Source of the DNA: Lama glama
Lineage: Eukaryota
Assembly (NCBI GenBank): GCA_028534125.1
Contig: CM052816.1
Location: 29,700,001 to 29,764,000, forward strand
Direction of reading: 5' to 3'
DNA length: 64,000 bases
The position numbers and the translations under genes are program-made. Below, piece by piece: positions 13,891-27,462 of this stretch. The notes below the pieces were generated by a model. That model was not told the DNA's origin. It worked only from the letters and a program-made list of their open reading frames with translations, and ran no database searches. The stretch's first letter is position 1. Every line of letters begins with the position of its first letter.

Positions 13891-14423
13891 TATATCAGTT
13901 TTCTGTTGCTGCCATAACAAACGACCATGAACTTAGTGGCTTACAACAACACAAATTTATTATTTTACAGTTCTGAAGGTTAGAAATGTGGTACAGTACC
14001 TGGACTAAAGTTACTGATCTACTATGTTTCTTTCTCCTGTGTTGCTTTCTGGAGGACCTTGGGGAGAATCTGTTTCCTGCTTTGGGTTGTTGGAAGGATT
14101 CCATTCCTTGTGCTTGAATGTCTGAGATCCCTGATTCTTTGCTGGCTCTCAGCTGAAGGCTGTCCCTGGCTTCTGGAGGCTGTCCACATTCCTTGATTAT
14201 GGTCTTCTTCATTCATTTTCAGAGCCAGCGATAGTTGAGACTTTCTCATGCATCCTTTTTTTTTTTTCCTTCACTCTTATGTCTCTGACTCAGCTGAGAA
14301 AGCGTCTCTGATTTTAGGGGTTCATGTGATTATATTGGGCCTACTCATAATTCAGGATATATATAATATATTTCAGGATAGTCTTCCCATCTAAGATCTC
14401 AAGAGAACTTAACCACATCTACA
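13891..14423 (-). mobile_element. MLT1C/D-like MaLR LTR
   Basis: tgctgccataacaaacgaccatgaacttagtggcttacaacaacacaaatttattattttacagttctg ... cttaaccacatctacaaa. Confidence 0.85.
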
Positions 14424-14424
14424 A

Positions 14425-16900
14425 AAATTAAAACGATATAAAAAGTATACTCAAAGAAGTCTCACTCTTTTTCATATGTCTTCTTCCTCATTTCTCTATG
14501 GATAATCACTTTGACTAGGCTCTTGTTTATTCTCTCAATATAGCACTTTGCAGGAAGCAAGCAGGTACATACATAAATATATGTCTCATTTCCACTTTTT
14601 ATACACAAAAATATTGTACTAGACATATTCCTTTGCATGTTTTTAAACTTAACACCATTATCCTAGAAATCACTCCGTTATCAGTTCGTAGAGATCTTCC
14701 TTATTCTTTTTTTTATAGTTTCTGTATTCCTAATATCCTTTAAGTAGATGAACTAAAGTTTATTCAACCAGTTTCCATAGAAAGTCATTTGGATTGTTTC
14801 CAGTATTTGTGCTGACAAATAATGCTGCATTAAGTAATGTTGTATATATGTTGTTTCATATTTGTGGAGGTGCTTCTTCAGGGTAAATTCCTCAAAGTGG
14901 GATTGGTAGATCAGAGGATAAATACTTACGTAGTTTCATAAATACTGTCAAATTCCCTTCCATCCATTTTCTGCCATTTTGCATACCTATCAGTCTCAGA
15001 GTGCCTGTTTCCCAACAGCCTTCTCAACAGATGTGTTGTCAAGATTTAGAATTTTTTTTGTCAGTTGGATAGGTGAGAAATGGTATCTGTTTGTAGTTTA
15101 TAAAAATTGACTTTGAGGTATAATTTATATGAAATAAAATGAATTTGTTTAAAATGTACAGTTGATGATTTTTAACAAATACATATTAATGTAACCATCA
15201 CAACAATCAAGGAATAAGACATTTCCATCAGACCTTAAAGGCTTCTTGTCGTTTTTGCACTCACTTTTTCCATCCTTCACCGCAGTCCCAGACAATCACT
15301 GATATGATTCCTGTCACAATAGATTAAATTCCTACCCCCTGTTTTGGAATTTTACATAAATAGAATGATATGGTATGTTCTGTTTTGTGTCTCATGTGTT
15401 TTACTTAGTAAAATGCTCTTTAGAATCATCCATATTAGCATGTGGATAAGTAGTTTATTAATTTTTTTTGCCCAGTGGTACTTCATTGTATGGGTAGTTG
15501 TTTATCTATTTACTTGTCGACAGATATTTGGATTCTTTCCAGTCATAAGTATTATAAATAAAACTCCTGTGAAAATTCTTATACAGATTTTTGTACGAAC
15601 ATATATTTTCATTTCTCTTGGGTAGATACCTGGGAATGAAATTGCTGCTAAGTGTATTGTTTTACATTGTAGGAAATTTTCAAAGTATTTTCTAAATATG
15701 TATCATTTTACATTCCCACCAGTAGTGTAATAGAGATCCAATTGCTTTACATCCTCTGTAACATTTGGTGTAGCCGATCTTTTTCATTTTAGTCACTCTA
15801 ATGGATGACTGATGTCACCTCACTATGGGTTTAGTTTGGCTACTGACCATTTATGTGTCTTCCTCTTATTGGGTTATCTTTTTATTACTGAGTTGTGAAT
15901 ATTCTGGATATGAGTACATTGTCAGATATATGCAGTGTTAATATTCTCTTCCATTTTGTAGTTTACTTTTTCATTTTCTAAATAATATTTTTCACAGCTC
16001 AGAAGTTTATAATTTTGATAAAGTTCAATTTATAATGTTTTTCTTTTATGGTTCATGTTTTGTATACCCTAAGAAGTTGTTACCTACCTCCAAATCACAA
16101 AAAAAATTTTTGTGCTTTCTTCTAGATCGTTTTGCTTTTACGATGGTCAGTTTGAGTTAGTTTTGGTATAAGGGGTTGAGGGTTTTTTATTTTTTTCATG
16201 CGACTATCCACCATCTGTTGAAAAAATTACTATTTTTTTCATTGAATTACTTTAGCATCTTAAAAAATCAATTGAACATGTATGAGTGGGTCAATTTCTG
16301 AATGCAATTTTCAGTTCTGTTGATCTGTGCTTTCCTATCATATTGTACTGAATATTGTACTTTCTTTATAGGTCACTTTGAAGTCTGATATTGTGAGGTC
16401 ATGCTTTGTTCTTCTTAAAAACTGATTTAGCTAATTCTCAGTCATTTGCATTTTTATGTATGTTTTAGAATCCTTTTGTCAGATTCTAACAAAATGCCTG
16501 CTGTCATTTTGATTTGGACTGCATTAAATCTTTATATCAATGTTGAGGGAACTGACATCTTAACAAAATTGAGTCTGCCAGTCTATGAACATGCACAAGG
16601 TATATCTTTCTATTAATTTTTCTTCCTTAATTTGTTTTAGCAAATCTGTGGCTTTCAGTATCTAGGTCTCGTGCATATTTTGTTAAATCTATCTCTAAAT
16701 ATTTCTTCTTTTTTGATGCTATTATAATGATATTGTGCTTCATTGATTTAATTTTCTGTTTGTTGTAATATATTGGAATACAATTTAGTTTTGTGTATTG
16801 ACCTTATTTTCCAGAGACCTTTTTAAATTTACTTATTATTTACAGTAAGTTTTTAATAGTTTTCTAAGGTTTTTAAAAACTTACATGATCACATATAAGT
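14425..16900 (-). mobile_element. Old L1 fragments (at least two nested elements)
   Basis: Two antisense L1 3' UTR-to-ORF2 runs starting near 14425 and 15105 (gaggtataatttatatgaaataaaatg). Confidence 0.75.
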
Positions 16901-18550
16901 CATTGTTAGATAGTGAGATGGTAAAAAAAATGATTATGTTGTGGAAATTGTGTTAGAAAATTATGAGAAAAATACTAAGGAAGATATTTTTTATAAAAAA
17001 TGTAAGATTTTAACTTAAGCCACCATGCAGTTGCTCATAGGATATAAGACCTTTCCCACAGTATCAAAGATCAGTTGATTCAAAATTTGAAAGCTTGCAG
17101 ATAATTTTATTTAGCTTTAGATGAGTCATATGATAAATGAGACAGTCTACTTAATACTTTTGGTAAAAAAATACTTTGGGTAAGTTCAAATGTAGGAAGA
17201 AAGATTGTCCATTTATAGCCTAAAAAAACTGAACTCAGGGCATAGATATATTTTGAATCTTCCCAATCTGTCAAAGAATTTCAGCCATATATGAAAAAAT
17301 TAGTTGTCATATGGATAGCTTATGGATAGTGTACCAGTCATGGTAGGTAAAAAATTCAAATTTATTGGAATTTTCAAGTAAGAAGTGATATTTTCTTTAT
17401 TGTTTCATTTCATCATGTGATATGCATTGAAAACATTTGGTTTTCTGAAGCAATGTCTCTAAAAAGTGTCATGGATACAGTTATTAAAAATAATTCTGTA
17501 TATTTATACAAATGCTATATAAATTATCACTGGCTTGTGGAACTATCGAAAAAAATAGAAGAAAATTAATTTAATCATCTTGTGTTTTCTGCCAGTGCTT
17601 GCGGTTGCATAGTAGAAGAGTTTTACAAGGAATTTTCTGTACTGTTAACTCCAAGTCACTGTGTGTCAAAGTTCAACAGCCAAAAACAAACAAAAGTGGC
17701 ATTGTGATTTGAATTTTTTCCACCAGTGTCATACTTTATATGATATAGGTAAGTTTGAGGCTCAAAGAAAGAAAAACTTTAATTAAAAAATGAAGACTGC
17801 TTTGTTGATTTTGTTAAATTTTAAGTTACTTTTCAATTTATGCAGTACCACTCTGAATTTGACATTAATAAAACAGGGCTGACAAAAGATTTAGTGAATT
17901 TACTCACTAGACAGTCATAATTTTTAAACTGATATGCTTTTGTTTCTGAGTTAAAGCAGTGATTTTTAAAAGCTGAAGCAATGTTGTCAATGTACATGAA
18001 TATACCAAAGGAATGTGTTTATGTGCTACATGAATGTGTTATTGGAAAACTTTGAAGTGTGTTTGGATCAACTTATGTGAACTACTTTTTAAACTATTTG
18101 ATAAAAATCTAAATACAGATGAAAAATTTACAATTAAAATTAGCCTCCTAATTAAGATGTTTTATATATATAAAGTGTACGATAAATTTCAAGGACATGA
18201 TTTTAATAACTTTTATAGCAGTTACATGTTAAAATAATATTTTGGATCTTTTTGGTTAAATAAAATATATTATTAAATAAATTTTACCTTTTTCTTTTTA
18301 CTTTTAAAAATGTGGCTATAAGAAAATTTAATATAGAGAAAAAAATGTGACAATGAGTGTGTATATGTCCATGAATGACTGAAAAATTGTGCTGAACACT
18401 GGAATTTGACACAACACTGTGAAGTGATTATGAATCAATAAACAAATGTAAAAAAAAAATAAATAAAAAACCTTTCATTCAATTAAAAAAAAAGAAAATT
18501 TAATATTACACATGTAGGTTGCAATATATTTTTTTATTAGATAGCACTAA
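16900..18550. mobile_element. hAT/Charlie5 (MER33-like) DNA transposon remnant with degraded internal region
   Basis: MER33-like end aaatgtggctataagaaaattt...attacacatgtaggttgc...ttagatagcact; internal ttagctttagatgagtca is reminiscent of hAT transposase LALDES. Confidence 0.65.
18335..18491 (+). mobile_element. Young L1 3' end inserted into the Charlie element
   Basis: TSD aagaaaatttaatat at 18320-18334 and 18492-18506; highly similar to the copies flanking the gap. Confidence 0.9.
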
Positions 18551-19799
18551 GCTAGATTTTTATTGTCTTGCATAAAATTTTGTGTATGTTTTCTAGATTC
18601 TTGAGGTTGAGACATTTGAGATAAGAGCAGGTTGGTCTTCATTCAGTCACTAGTAATTTCTTCATTATCCTGGTCACTTCACTGACTCTGTTATGAAGTT
18701 TATAATGCATTTTATTTATTAAATATTAATGCCTTGACCCAATGGGTCTTACAAGAGTACTTTAATGTGTGAAAGCATCTACTAATGTGAAATGAATTTG
18801 TGTTCATATGTGTTCTAGTGAGCCATATTATGATACTGATGCTGTTTAAGCCTCTGATTGCTTGCATTGTTTCAGAGGAGTACATTATTTAGAGATGTTT
18901 TGCATAGGCGCAATTTAGGGTAGGCTGTGACTGCCAGTGGATGCACTGTAGACTTTCTTGCAACAGCTGTCACAGTTGGCAAAGGCAATGCTGGAGAAGC
19001 ACTGCATTAAATTGGCCCATTGGAGACAATTAATTCAGAGTAAGAAGAGCTGTTTGCATAGCAGGCATGCTTGGCTTAGTTTGGCATCTGGTATGATTAT
19101 GTGCCTCAATTACAGGCATGGTGGGTAAAACTGTCTCTGTTTAATGGAATGATATGGATCATGTAGTTGTAACAGATGGCCAAAAAATACTTGACCTTCT
19201 AATACCTTGCCACACTAATAATGAAAATAAATTTTTTAAAGAGATCAGGAGAATTTTTTTATAGATTTGGAAAACAGTCTGAATACAAATGGAAAAATTT
19301 AGCCAAATTTAGTTAAAAGAAAGAAGACATATTAAAAAATCTCTTTTATTACATCTAGAGGTTACTAATGAAATCTCATTATTGATAAAATTGTTATATA
19401 AATATGTAAGAACTTCATCCTGCAAAATTTTACATTTATTAGCCCTCCACATATTTTTGTTGTTTTTTCACCCGCTTAATAATGTACTATATACATTTTT
19501 AAAAAACCCTTTCTGCCTATACATTTATTTGATGTCTGAATTAAAGAAATTCATGTAATTGGGGCACAAAACTTGTGAAGTTGGTATTTTGGGATGACTT
19601 GCTGCAATTTATATCCTAAGGTTTGCCTTCTGTCTAGAAAGTAAAGCCCACCAGTTTTCAAAGATACATAGAAATTTAAAGAAATTAATTCAAGATCTAA
19701 GAACTTTAGCATTTATAAAATATGAATTACTTCAGTGTGTGTACAAGACTGTCTGCTTAGAACTTTACAGTACCTAGTGTAATGGAATGTGTAGGACAG

Positions 19800-20030
19800 G
19801 CCTCCTGATGTAGTGTTTATGAGCCCAGGCCCTGATGTCAGACTCCCTGGCTCCACCACTTGCTTGCTGTTTGACATGGCAGGTTACCTCTGCTCTTAGA
19901 TTCTTCATTTGGAAAATAGAAATAATAATAGCATTTACTTAGTATATGGTTATGTCATTTAATGAGATAATATATGTAAAACGTTTAGCATGGCTCTTAG
20001 CTTATAGTGAGTACCTACTAAGTATTATTT
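19800..20030 (+). mobile_element. MIR
   Basis: ctggctccaccacttgcttgctgtttgac...ttcttcatttggaaaatagaaataataatagc. Confidence 0.7.
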
Positions 20031-20371
20031 ATTGATAATGTATATAATGTCATTTAATTACTTTTGTTGGATAACTGGTGATTGTCTACTTCAATTACTT
20101 TTTCTTAGTTAGTAGGTTGTACTTTGTATCATATTACAAAATAGTAACAGAATGCATATATTTCTGAAGTTAGACGGTCTTGAGTTTCGATAGAAAGCTG
20201 ATTAAAGTTCTCGTTCTTTCCTGAAAAGTTGTATTTTTTAAGAGAGACATTTTAGTCTCAGAAAGCAATGACTTAATCAGTTTCTTGCATCTCAATAATT
20301 AAATAATTGTTGAAAAGACTATAGTTATCATTCTTTTCTTGGAATTTAATTTTTTATAAAAGTAATATATT

Positions 20372-20491
20372 GGGGGGAGGATTTTGCTCAGTGATAGAGT
20401 GCATGCTTAGCATGCATGAGGTTCTGGGTTCAATCCCAGTACCTCCATTAAAAAATATATATATATGTATATATTTTTTAAAGAAGAAGAA
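20372..20491 (+). mobile_element. Vic-1-like tRNA SINE
   Basis: gctcagtgatagagtgcatgcttagcatgcatgaggttctgggttcaatccc; TSD aaaagtaatatatt at 20358-20371 and 20492-20505. Confidence 0.9.
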
Positions 20492-21059
20492 AAAAGTAAT
20501 ATATTCACATGGCTAAAAATTCAAAAGATATGAAGGAGTATACAGTAAAAAGTCTTTCTCTTACCTGTATACCTCATGTATCAATTTCCCCTTCCCAGAG
20601 GTAACCAATATATTAATACTCTTGTGTATTTTTCCAGATTATTTTATTTATATGCAATCAGATGTGTACATATATCCCCACTTTCCTAGATATGTGGTAG
20701 CTATCAGCTGCTCTGCTCCTTGCCTTTATTCATTTAGCAGTGTATTTTAGGACCTGTCTGTATCTGTATGTAAAAAGCTTCCTTATTCATTTAGCTTTAT
20801 TCATTTATCCCATGTATGGATGTACTGTAATTTATTGCTTGATGTTAAATTATTCCTCCTTTGTCATTTGTTTTTCCTGTTCATTTTTCTCCTTAATTTT
20901 CTGGAAATAGCTTTATGGATCCTGTCCTGGCTTCCTTTTTTTTTTTTTCCTTTCTTTGTTTACTCATTTTTATTTGAAGCCTGTTAATGGAGAAGGTAAC
21001 TGTGAGAGAAACACCAGAGCCCTGGGAGGAATTTTCCTTGTTATCTTAGGTTTGTCTAA

Positions 21060-22105
21060 GATTTCATCCAAAGTACCATCTATAAAAGAGCAAATTGTCT
21101 TGGACTTTCATCAAAATGAAAAACTTCTGCTCCTCAAAAGCCACTCTTAAGAGAATGAAAAGCCACAGACTGAGAGAAAATATTTGCTAAGAATAAATTG
21201 GAGAAAAGTCTTGTATTCAGGATATATAAAGAACTTTCAAAACTCAATAAGAAAACAAACATCGTATTGAAAAATGAGCTAAAGCTTTGGACACTTTACC
21301 AAGAATAGATGAATGGCAGATATGCACATGACAGATGCTTAACATAGTTAGTTATTAGAAAAATGCAAATAAAACCATAGTGAGATACTATTACACACCT
21401 ATTAGAATGGCTAAAATTAAAAATACTGTTCACACCATGTATTGACAAAACTATAGAGTAACCGAAACAATCATACACTCCTAGTGGCAATGTAAAGCGA
21501 TACAGTCACTCTAGACAATAGTTTGTCAGTTTCTTAAAAAAATTAAACATATGCCTAACATATGATCTAGCCATCCCACTCCTGAGTATTTACCCGAGAG
21601 AAATGAACATGTCCATAGAAAAACTTCTGCATGAATGTTCATAGCTCTATTCGTAATAGCTCCAAGCTAGGAACAGCCCAAATGTCTATCCACAGGTACA
21701 TGAATAAGCAAAGTATGGTTCCATATAATGGAACAGTAAAAAGCAGTGAGCTACTGATAACATACTGTAACACAGATGAATCTGAAATATGCTGAGTGAA
21801 AGAAGCCAGATAAATATGAGTACATACTGTGAGATTCCACTTATATAAAATTCTTGGAAATTCACATTAATGTATACTATCATAAAGGAGATCATTGCTT
21901 GGCTGGTTGGGACGGGGTGGAGGGAGAGGGAGGGATGAGAAGAGATTACAGAGGCTCTCAATGGTGATGGTTATGTTCATTATCTTGGTTGTGATGATTG
22001 TTTCACGGGATATATAACTATATACATACATATGTCAAAGCTTATCATATTGCATATTTTAAATATGTGCAATTTATTATGTTAATTTTACCTTAATAAA
22101 GTACT
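21060..22105 (+). mobile_element. Old L1 (L1MC/MD-like) ORF2 end and 3' UTR
   Basis: aaatgcaaataaaaccatagtgagatac...catatgatctagccatcccactcctg...ccttaataaag. Confidence 0.85.
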
Positions 22106-23014
22106 CAAACAATAATTAAGTGAGACAGACAAAAGTTAACATATCTAAAGTGACCAGCGGGTACAGTCTGAGACCTCACAGTTCTTGCCAGGGTATGTAC
22201 TAGCTGCAGATGATAATGTCAAATGAGTAAGAGTCTCATTAAAATGTTTAGAAGTTCAGCCATCCCCCTTTGGGCCCAATCTTTTATATGCAGAAGGCTA
22301 GAGCAGTGTATTAATCTGGATATGTGCAGGGAACCATTTCTTGTGGGTGTGTGTACTCCATCTGTCTCATCGTTAAACAGTATTTACTGTGATAGTACAG
22401 ATCTGTATACTTGGATGTGAACACAGTCTTAATTGATCCCCCTTACCCTTCCCAGACAACCGAAACCTGGTCCAAGCACATGATTGAATTTAGTGCCAGT
22501 TATCCAGAACAAGAGTTAAATTATTTAGAAATCTTTGTGAATCATTCTAATAGGTCCTTGAATCAACTTTTTTAAGGTCCATCCCTGTATTTCATTCTCA
22601 GAGAAACTTTTAGAAAATTCAATGTTGTTATCACAAAATTTAAGTCAAAAGACAGCCTAGGAGTTAAGTAAGGGGCAAATCTAAGATCTGAAACTGAATC
22701 TAAGACTTCATTCTTGTACCATCCCATCAGGCCACGCAAACCAGAGAAATGTTTGCTGATAACAGCAATTTCAAATAGGTTTCCCTGATTTCTTCCTTTT
22801 GGAAGACCATCTGGAATAGATCAACACTTTTAAAAAACAGATAAGCCCTATATTTTTCCTATTGTTAGTTTGGATTTTTAAATTAATATTAATTTCTTAC
22901 CTAAATTTCCCACTGGAAATCAAAGGATTATATTTTCTTATTGATATTATGCTCAAAAAGTCAATTCTAATCTTCTATTTAAAAAATCCTTACCTAGCTT
23001 TTAAAAATTAAACC

Positions 23015-24570
23015 TTTCTTAAAAATGAAGTTTGGTTGATTTATAATATTAATTTCAGGTATACAATGTAATGATTCAATATTTTTATAGATTATACTCC
23101 ATTTAAAGTTATTATAGGCCCCCTCTCTCTCTTCCTCTTCGGAGACAGCCCACATTATGTCTATGGAATGTGTACCTACTTTTAATCTGAGCACCCAATC
23201 CCCACAACTTATAGCCTTTCTCTTGCCTTTAATGTATCTCTCTGAATAAATCTACCTTTACTAAAAAAAAAATAAATAAATAAAGTTATTATAAAACAAT
23301 GGCTAAATCTCCCTGTGCTCTGCTGTACAACATATCCTTGTTGCTTATCTATTTTATACACAGTAGTTTATATCTCTTAATGTCATACTCTGTCTTACCT
23401 CCCCACCACTGGGATCCAGTTTGTTCTCTCTGTGAGCCTGTTTCTTTTTTGTTATATCCATTCATTTTTATTTTTATATACCACATATAAGTGATATCAT
23501 ACAGTATTTGTCTTTCTCTGTGTGACTTGTTTCACTAAGCATAATACCCTCTAGGTCCATCCATATTGTTGCAAATGGCAGAATTTCATTCTTTTTAATG
23601 GCTGAGTAATAGTCCATTGCATGTATATACCATATCTTCTTTATCTATTCATCTGTTGATGGACACTTAGGTTGCTTCCATGTCTTGGCTATTGTAAATA
23701 ATGCTGCTATATGAACATTGGGGTGCATGTATCTTTTTGAATTAATGTTTTTATTTTCTTTGTTATATACTCAGGAATGGAATTACTGGATCATATTATA
23801 GTTCTATTTTTAGTTTTTTGAGGAATCTCCATACTGTTTTCCACAGTGGCTGCACCAGCTAACCTTCCCACCAAGAGTGTACAGAGGTTCCCTTTTCTCT
23901 ACATCCTCTCCAACATTTGTTATTTGTAGACTTTTTAATGATAGCCATCCTGAAAAGTGTAAAGTGATGTCTCACTGTGGTTTTTATTTACATTTCTCTA
24001 ATGATTAGCAGTGTTGAGCAGTTTTTCATGTGCTTGTTAGCCATCTATATATCTTCTTTGGAAAAATGTCTGCTCAGGTCTTCTGCCCACTTTTTAATCA
24101 GGTTGTCTTTTTGTTTGTTTGTTTGTTTTGATACTGAGTTGTATGAGCTATTTATTTTTGGCTATGAAGCCCTTCTCTGTCATATCATTTGCAAATGTTT
24201 TCTACCATTCAGTAGGTTGTCTTTTCATTTTGTTGATGGTTTCCTTTGCATAAAAGCGTTTAAGTTTAATTTTGTCCCCTTCTTAAAATTATTTTTGCTT
24301 TTGTTTCCTTTACCTTAGGAGACAGATCCAAAAAAAAATTACTATGATTTATGTCAAAGAATGTTCTGCCTGTGTTTTCTTCTAGAATTTTTATGGTTTG
24401 CGATGTTAAATTTAGGTCTTTAATCCTTTTTGAGTGTATTTTTGTATATGGTATGAGGAAGTGTTCTAATCTCATTTTTTAACATGTAGCTTATTGAAGA
24501 GACTGTCTTTTCTCCATTGTGTATTCTTGCCTCCTTTGTCCTAGATTAATTGACCATAGGTAAGTGGGTT
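23015..24570 (-). mobile_element. L1 3' UTR and ORF2 end, interrupted at 23117-23280
   Basis: Antisense L1; ORF 24266..24475 gives LEHFLIPYTKIHSKRIKDLNL. Confidence 0.9.
23117..23280 (+). mobile_element. Polyadenylated retrocopy resembling an ERV LTR R region
   Basis: AATAAA at 23245-23250, A tail from 23263, TSD taaagttattata at 23104-23116 and 23281-23293. Confidence 0.75.
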
Positions 24571-24769
24571 AAATTAAACCTTTTATTTTGGAATAATTGT
24601 ACATTCATGCAGTTGTAAGAAATACTATAGAGAAACATTTAGCTTTTTAAATAAGCCTTATAATTTCAATATAATTAGCTGAAATAATATTGGATAGATA
24701 CAGAACTCGTAGTATATGGCATCATCTCTCTCCAGTAGCCCTCTGAATTCTGTGTCCACTAAAAATAGA

Positions 24770-25110
24770 TTATTTGTGGTTCCCAGCATGAATTCTCTCA
24801 CCTCTTGATTTTACATGACGTTTCCTGTGTCTAGAAGCCCCATCCCACATACGTTCCTCTAATTAACTTACATAGTTGGTCCTGTAGGTCCAACTTTCAA
24901 CTTTCTTTCCTCTAATTGCCTTCCTTGAGATGCTTCTACAAGGCTAGGCTTTTCTTCCAGGTATTTGCACAGCACCCACAACCTACTCCTGTCACAGGGA
25001 CTTACTACATGCTATAATCATTGCCTGTTTACTTGCCTGTGTTTCTATAGACTATATGATAATTAAGAAAGAGACTGTCTCTTGTTCATCCTTGTATCCC
25101 TAGTGACTGT
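24770..25110 (+). mobile_element. L2 3' fragment
   Basis: tgcctgtttacttgcctgtg...gagactgtctcttgttcatccttgtatccctagtg. Confidence 0.6.
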
Positions 25111-26458
25111 TAACTATTTGAAGAGAAGTATTCTACTTATTTTCTCTCGTGTCCAGAGCAGTGCTTGTTGCGTAAGGAGCTCAGTAAAGGTTAGAGGACG
25201 GATGAGAAATTATGGGGGAGAGATGAATAGACAATGATGTTTTAGTTGAATAATAATTCCACAGTCTATAAGAAAGTAAAACAGGAACCAGACTGTATAG
25301 TGGTTGCTGTGTGATTATGGCTTATTAGGAAAGCCTTAGTTTTTAAAAAGTTATTTTAACTGCCCAGAGAAATGTGTTAGAGGATATTTGAAGAGATACT
25401 TTTTGTAAAAGGAAAAAACTATGCATATGGTTTTTTGAAAGTTTCAGTTGGCTGGAGTAGAGTTTGGTGGTGAAATATTTTCAGAAAACAAGTTCTTTTG
25501 GTTGGGTAAAGTAACAGAGTGCCTATACTAAAATAAATTTAAATATGTATTTGGTGAACTTTTTATATAAGTATACTAATAACTTAGTTCAACTTTAGTT
25601 ACACCAAGCTCATGTGAATACAAACTGTTTTCTATTGTCATTAATTTCTGAAGATAGGTAGGAGATTAATAATATGGTGCATAATTAACATCTCTAGATG
25701 TCATATTAAGTAAAACAGCATAATATTTTATTTTATTTCTTGAAATAGCCAAAAAGGATGAAGAATTTAATATTCTCCAGGTTCTGTGGGTGACTTTTTG
25801 AAAGGCATACAAAAAGAACCTCATGTAATCTATGTATATAAATGCACAAATTTGTTAGTAAGGTGAGAACTGTACATTTCTCTAAAATGTCAGTGCTTCT
25901 GGAAAAATTTTATTAAGAATATTCTAGATATGGTTAAACTGAGATGGGAAATGTTCATCATACTCTCCATGTTTCTCTTTGCCTATTCCTTTTTCATTTG
26001 GTAGCTGCCAAGTTGTATCTACAGAAGAAGGGCCTGTATAAATTTACCAAAATCTGATGTTTAATCTAGAACTGTACTGTTCTGTCTCTTCTACTCATTA
26101 GGTACAAAACTATAAATATTTGCCACACTCATAGCACCACCATTTTCAAGTGTCATTTTTGTCAGCTGTTTATTTTCTGTTTCTTTCCTATGAAAAGATT
26201 GTAAAGTAATTTTATCCTCTAAGATCAGTAGTGTTTGATTTTCCTTCATACTTTGAAAGAAATATTGAGGTTCTAGAAAAATGCGAGTTTCAAATAATTC
26301 TGGTAGTCATTAGAAGGAAATGGTGTTTTTAATTGTTAATACTTTGATAGACCATGCTATTTCTTAGGTATATGAACTTTTAAATCTCATTTTTTCAAAT
26401 GAGCAAGAATATATTAGATTATGGTATTTAGAGTCATAGGAATCTATGTTGATGTTTA

Positions 26459-26547
26459 GGGGAGGTTAATAGCTCTGTGGTATAGCCGTGCTTAGCATGC
26501 AGAAGGTCCTGGTTTCAATCCCCAGTACCTCCGTTTAAAAAAAAAAA
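26459..26547 (+). mobile_element. Vic-1-like tRNA SINE
   Basis: atagctctgtggtatagccgtgcttagcatgcagaaggtcctggtttcaatccccagtacctcc plus A tail. Confidence 0.85.
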
Positions 26548-27462
26548 TTGGTATTTAGACCTTCACTGTTTACTTTTTCTGTATGAATCTAAACATATGC
26601 GAAATACAAGGTAGTGTTCTTTTTAAATGCTTTGTTGAAGAAATAGGTGTATATTTTCCAAAATAGATATATATTAGAATGCATTCAAAATATATGTAAC
26701 GTTAAAACTGAGATTAATTCTGTTGCACCACTGTTTTCTAAAAAAGTTACTAGTCAGTTAATATGATCAAATCATTTACATGTAATGTTTTGCTGATAGC
26801 ATCAGAGCTCTAAGGTGATTGAAATGATTTTCAACACACTTCAGTAAGCCATATGAAAATCCTAAGGAGCAAACTTGTCTTAGTTGTTGAGGAAAATCCC
26901 GAAGCAGAATATGTACTTAAATTAGAGAGTTTAAGGTCTTGATGCATACAAAGTTTGAAGGCACTTTGGTACTTGATATTTGCGAGTAGTGTGAGTTTGT
27001 AGAGGTTCAAAGCCTAACAGATATATGAAGATTGAGATAATATGGGAATGGAAAAAAACTATTTTTAAAAAGGAAATGAAGAAAAATAATAACAGTTTAG
27101 TTGTATCCAGAACCTAATGGAAAAACCCATTCCACTTGAAAATTAAGCAGTTTAATTAAGAGATTTTGAAACATTCCAAAGAAAATCCTATTACCACTTG
27201 ACTATGTTGAGTGTTTTTGAGTTTATTAATCTTTAAAACAGATTGTTTCTGAAGTTTGGGAATCTCAAATTCTGTTTATTGTAAGATATTCTAATTTTAG
27301 AGATGTTGAGATATGGGAAGACAATGTGTGTCTAAGAATCAGTGAAATACAAAGTTATTGTTTACAAGCAGAAAAAGATAAAAGAACTAGTCTAAAGTTG
27401 TAAAAATTGGTTTATGGTCTAGATATGAATTGAGTTCTAGTCTGGCTTCAGAATTCTTTCTC

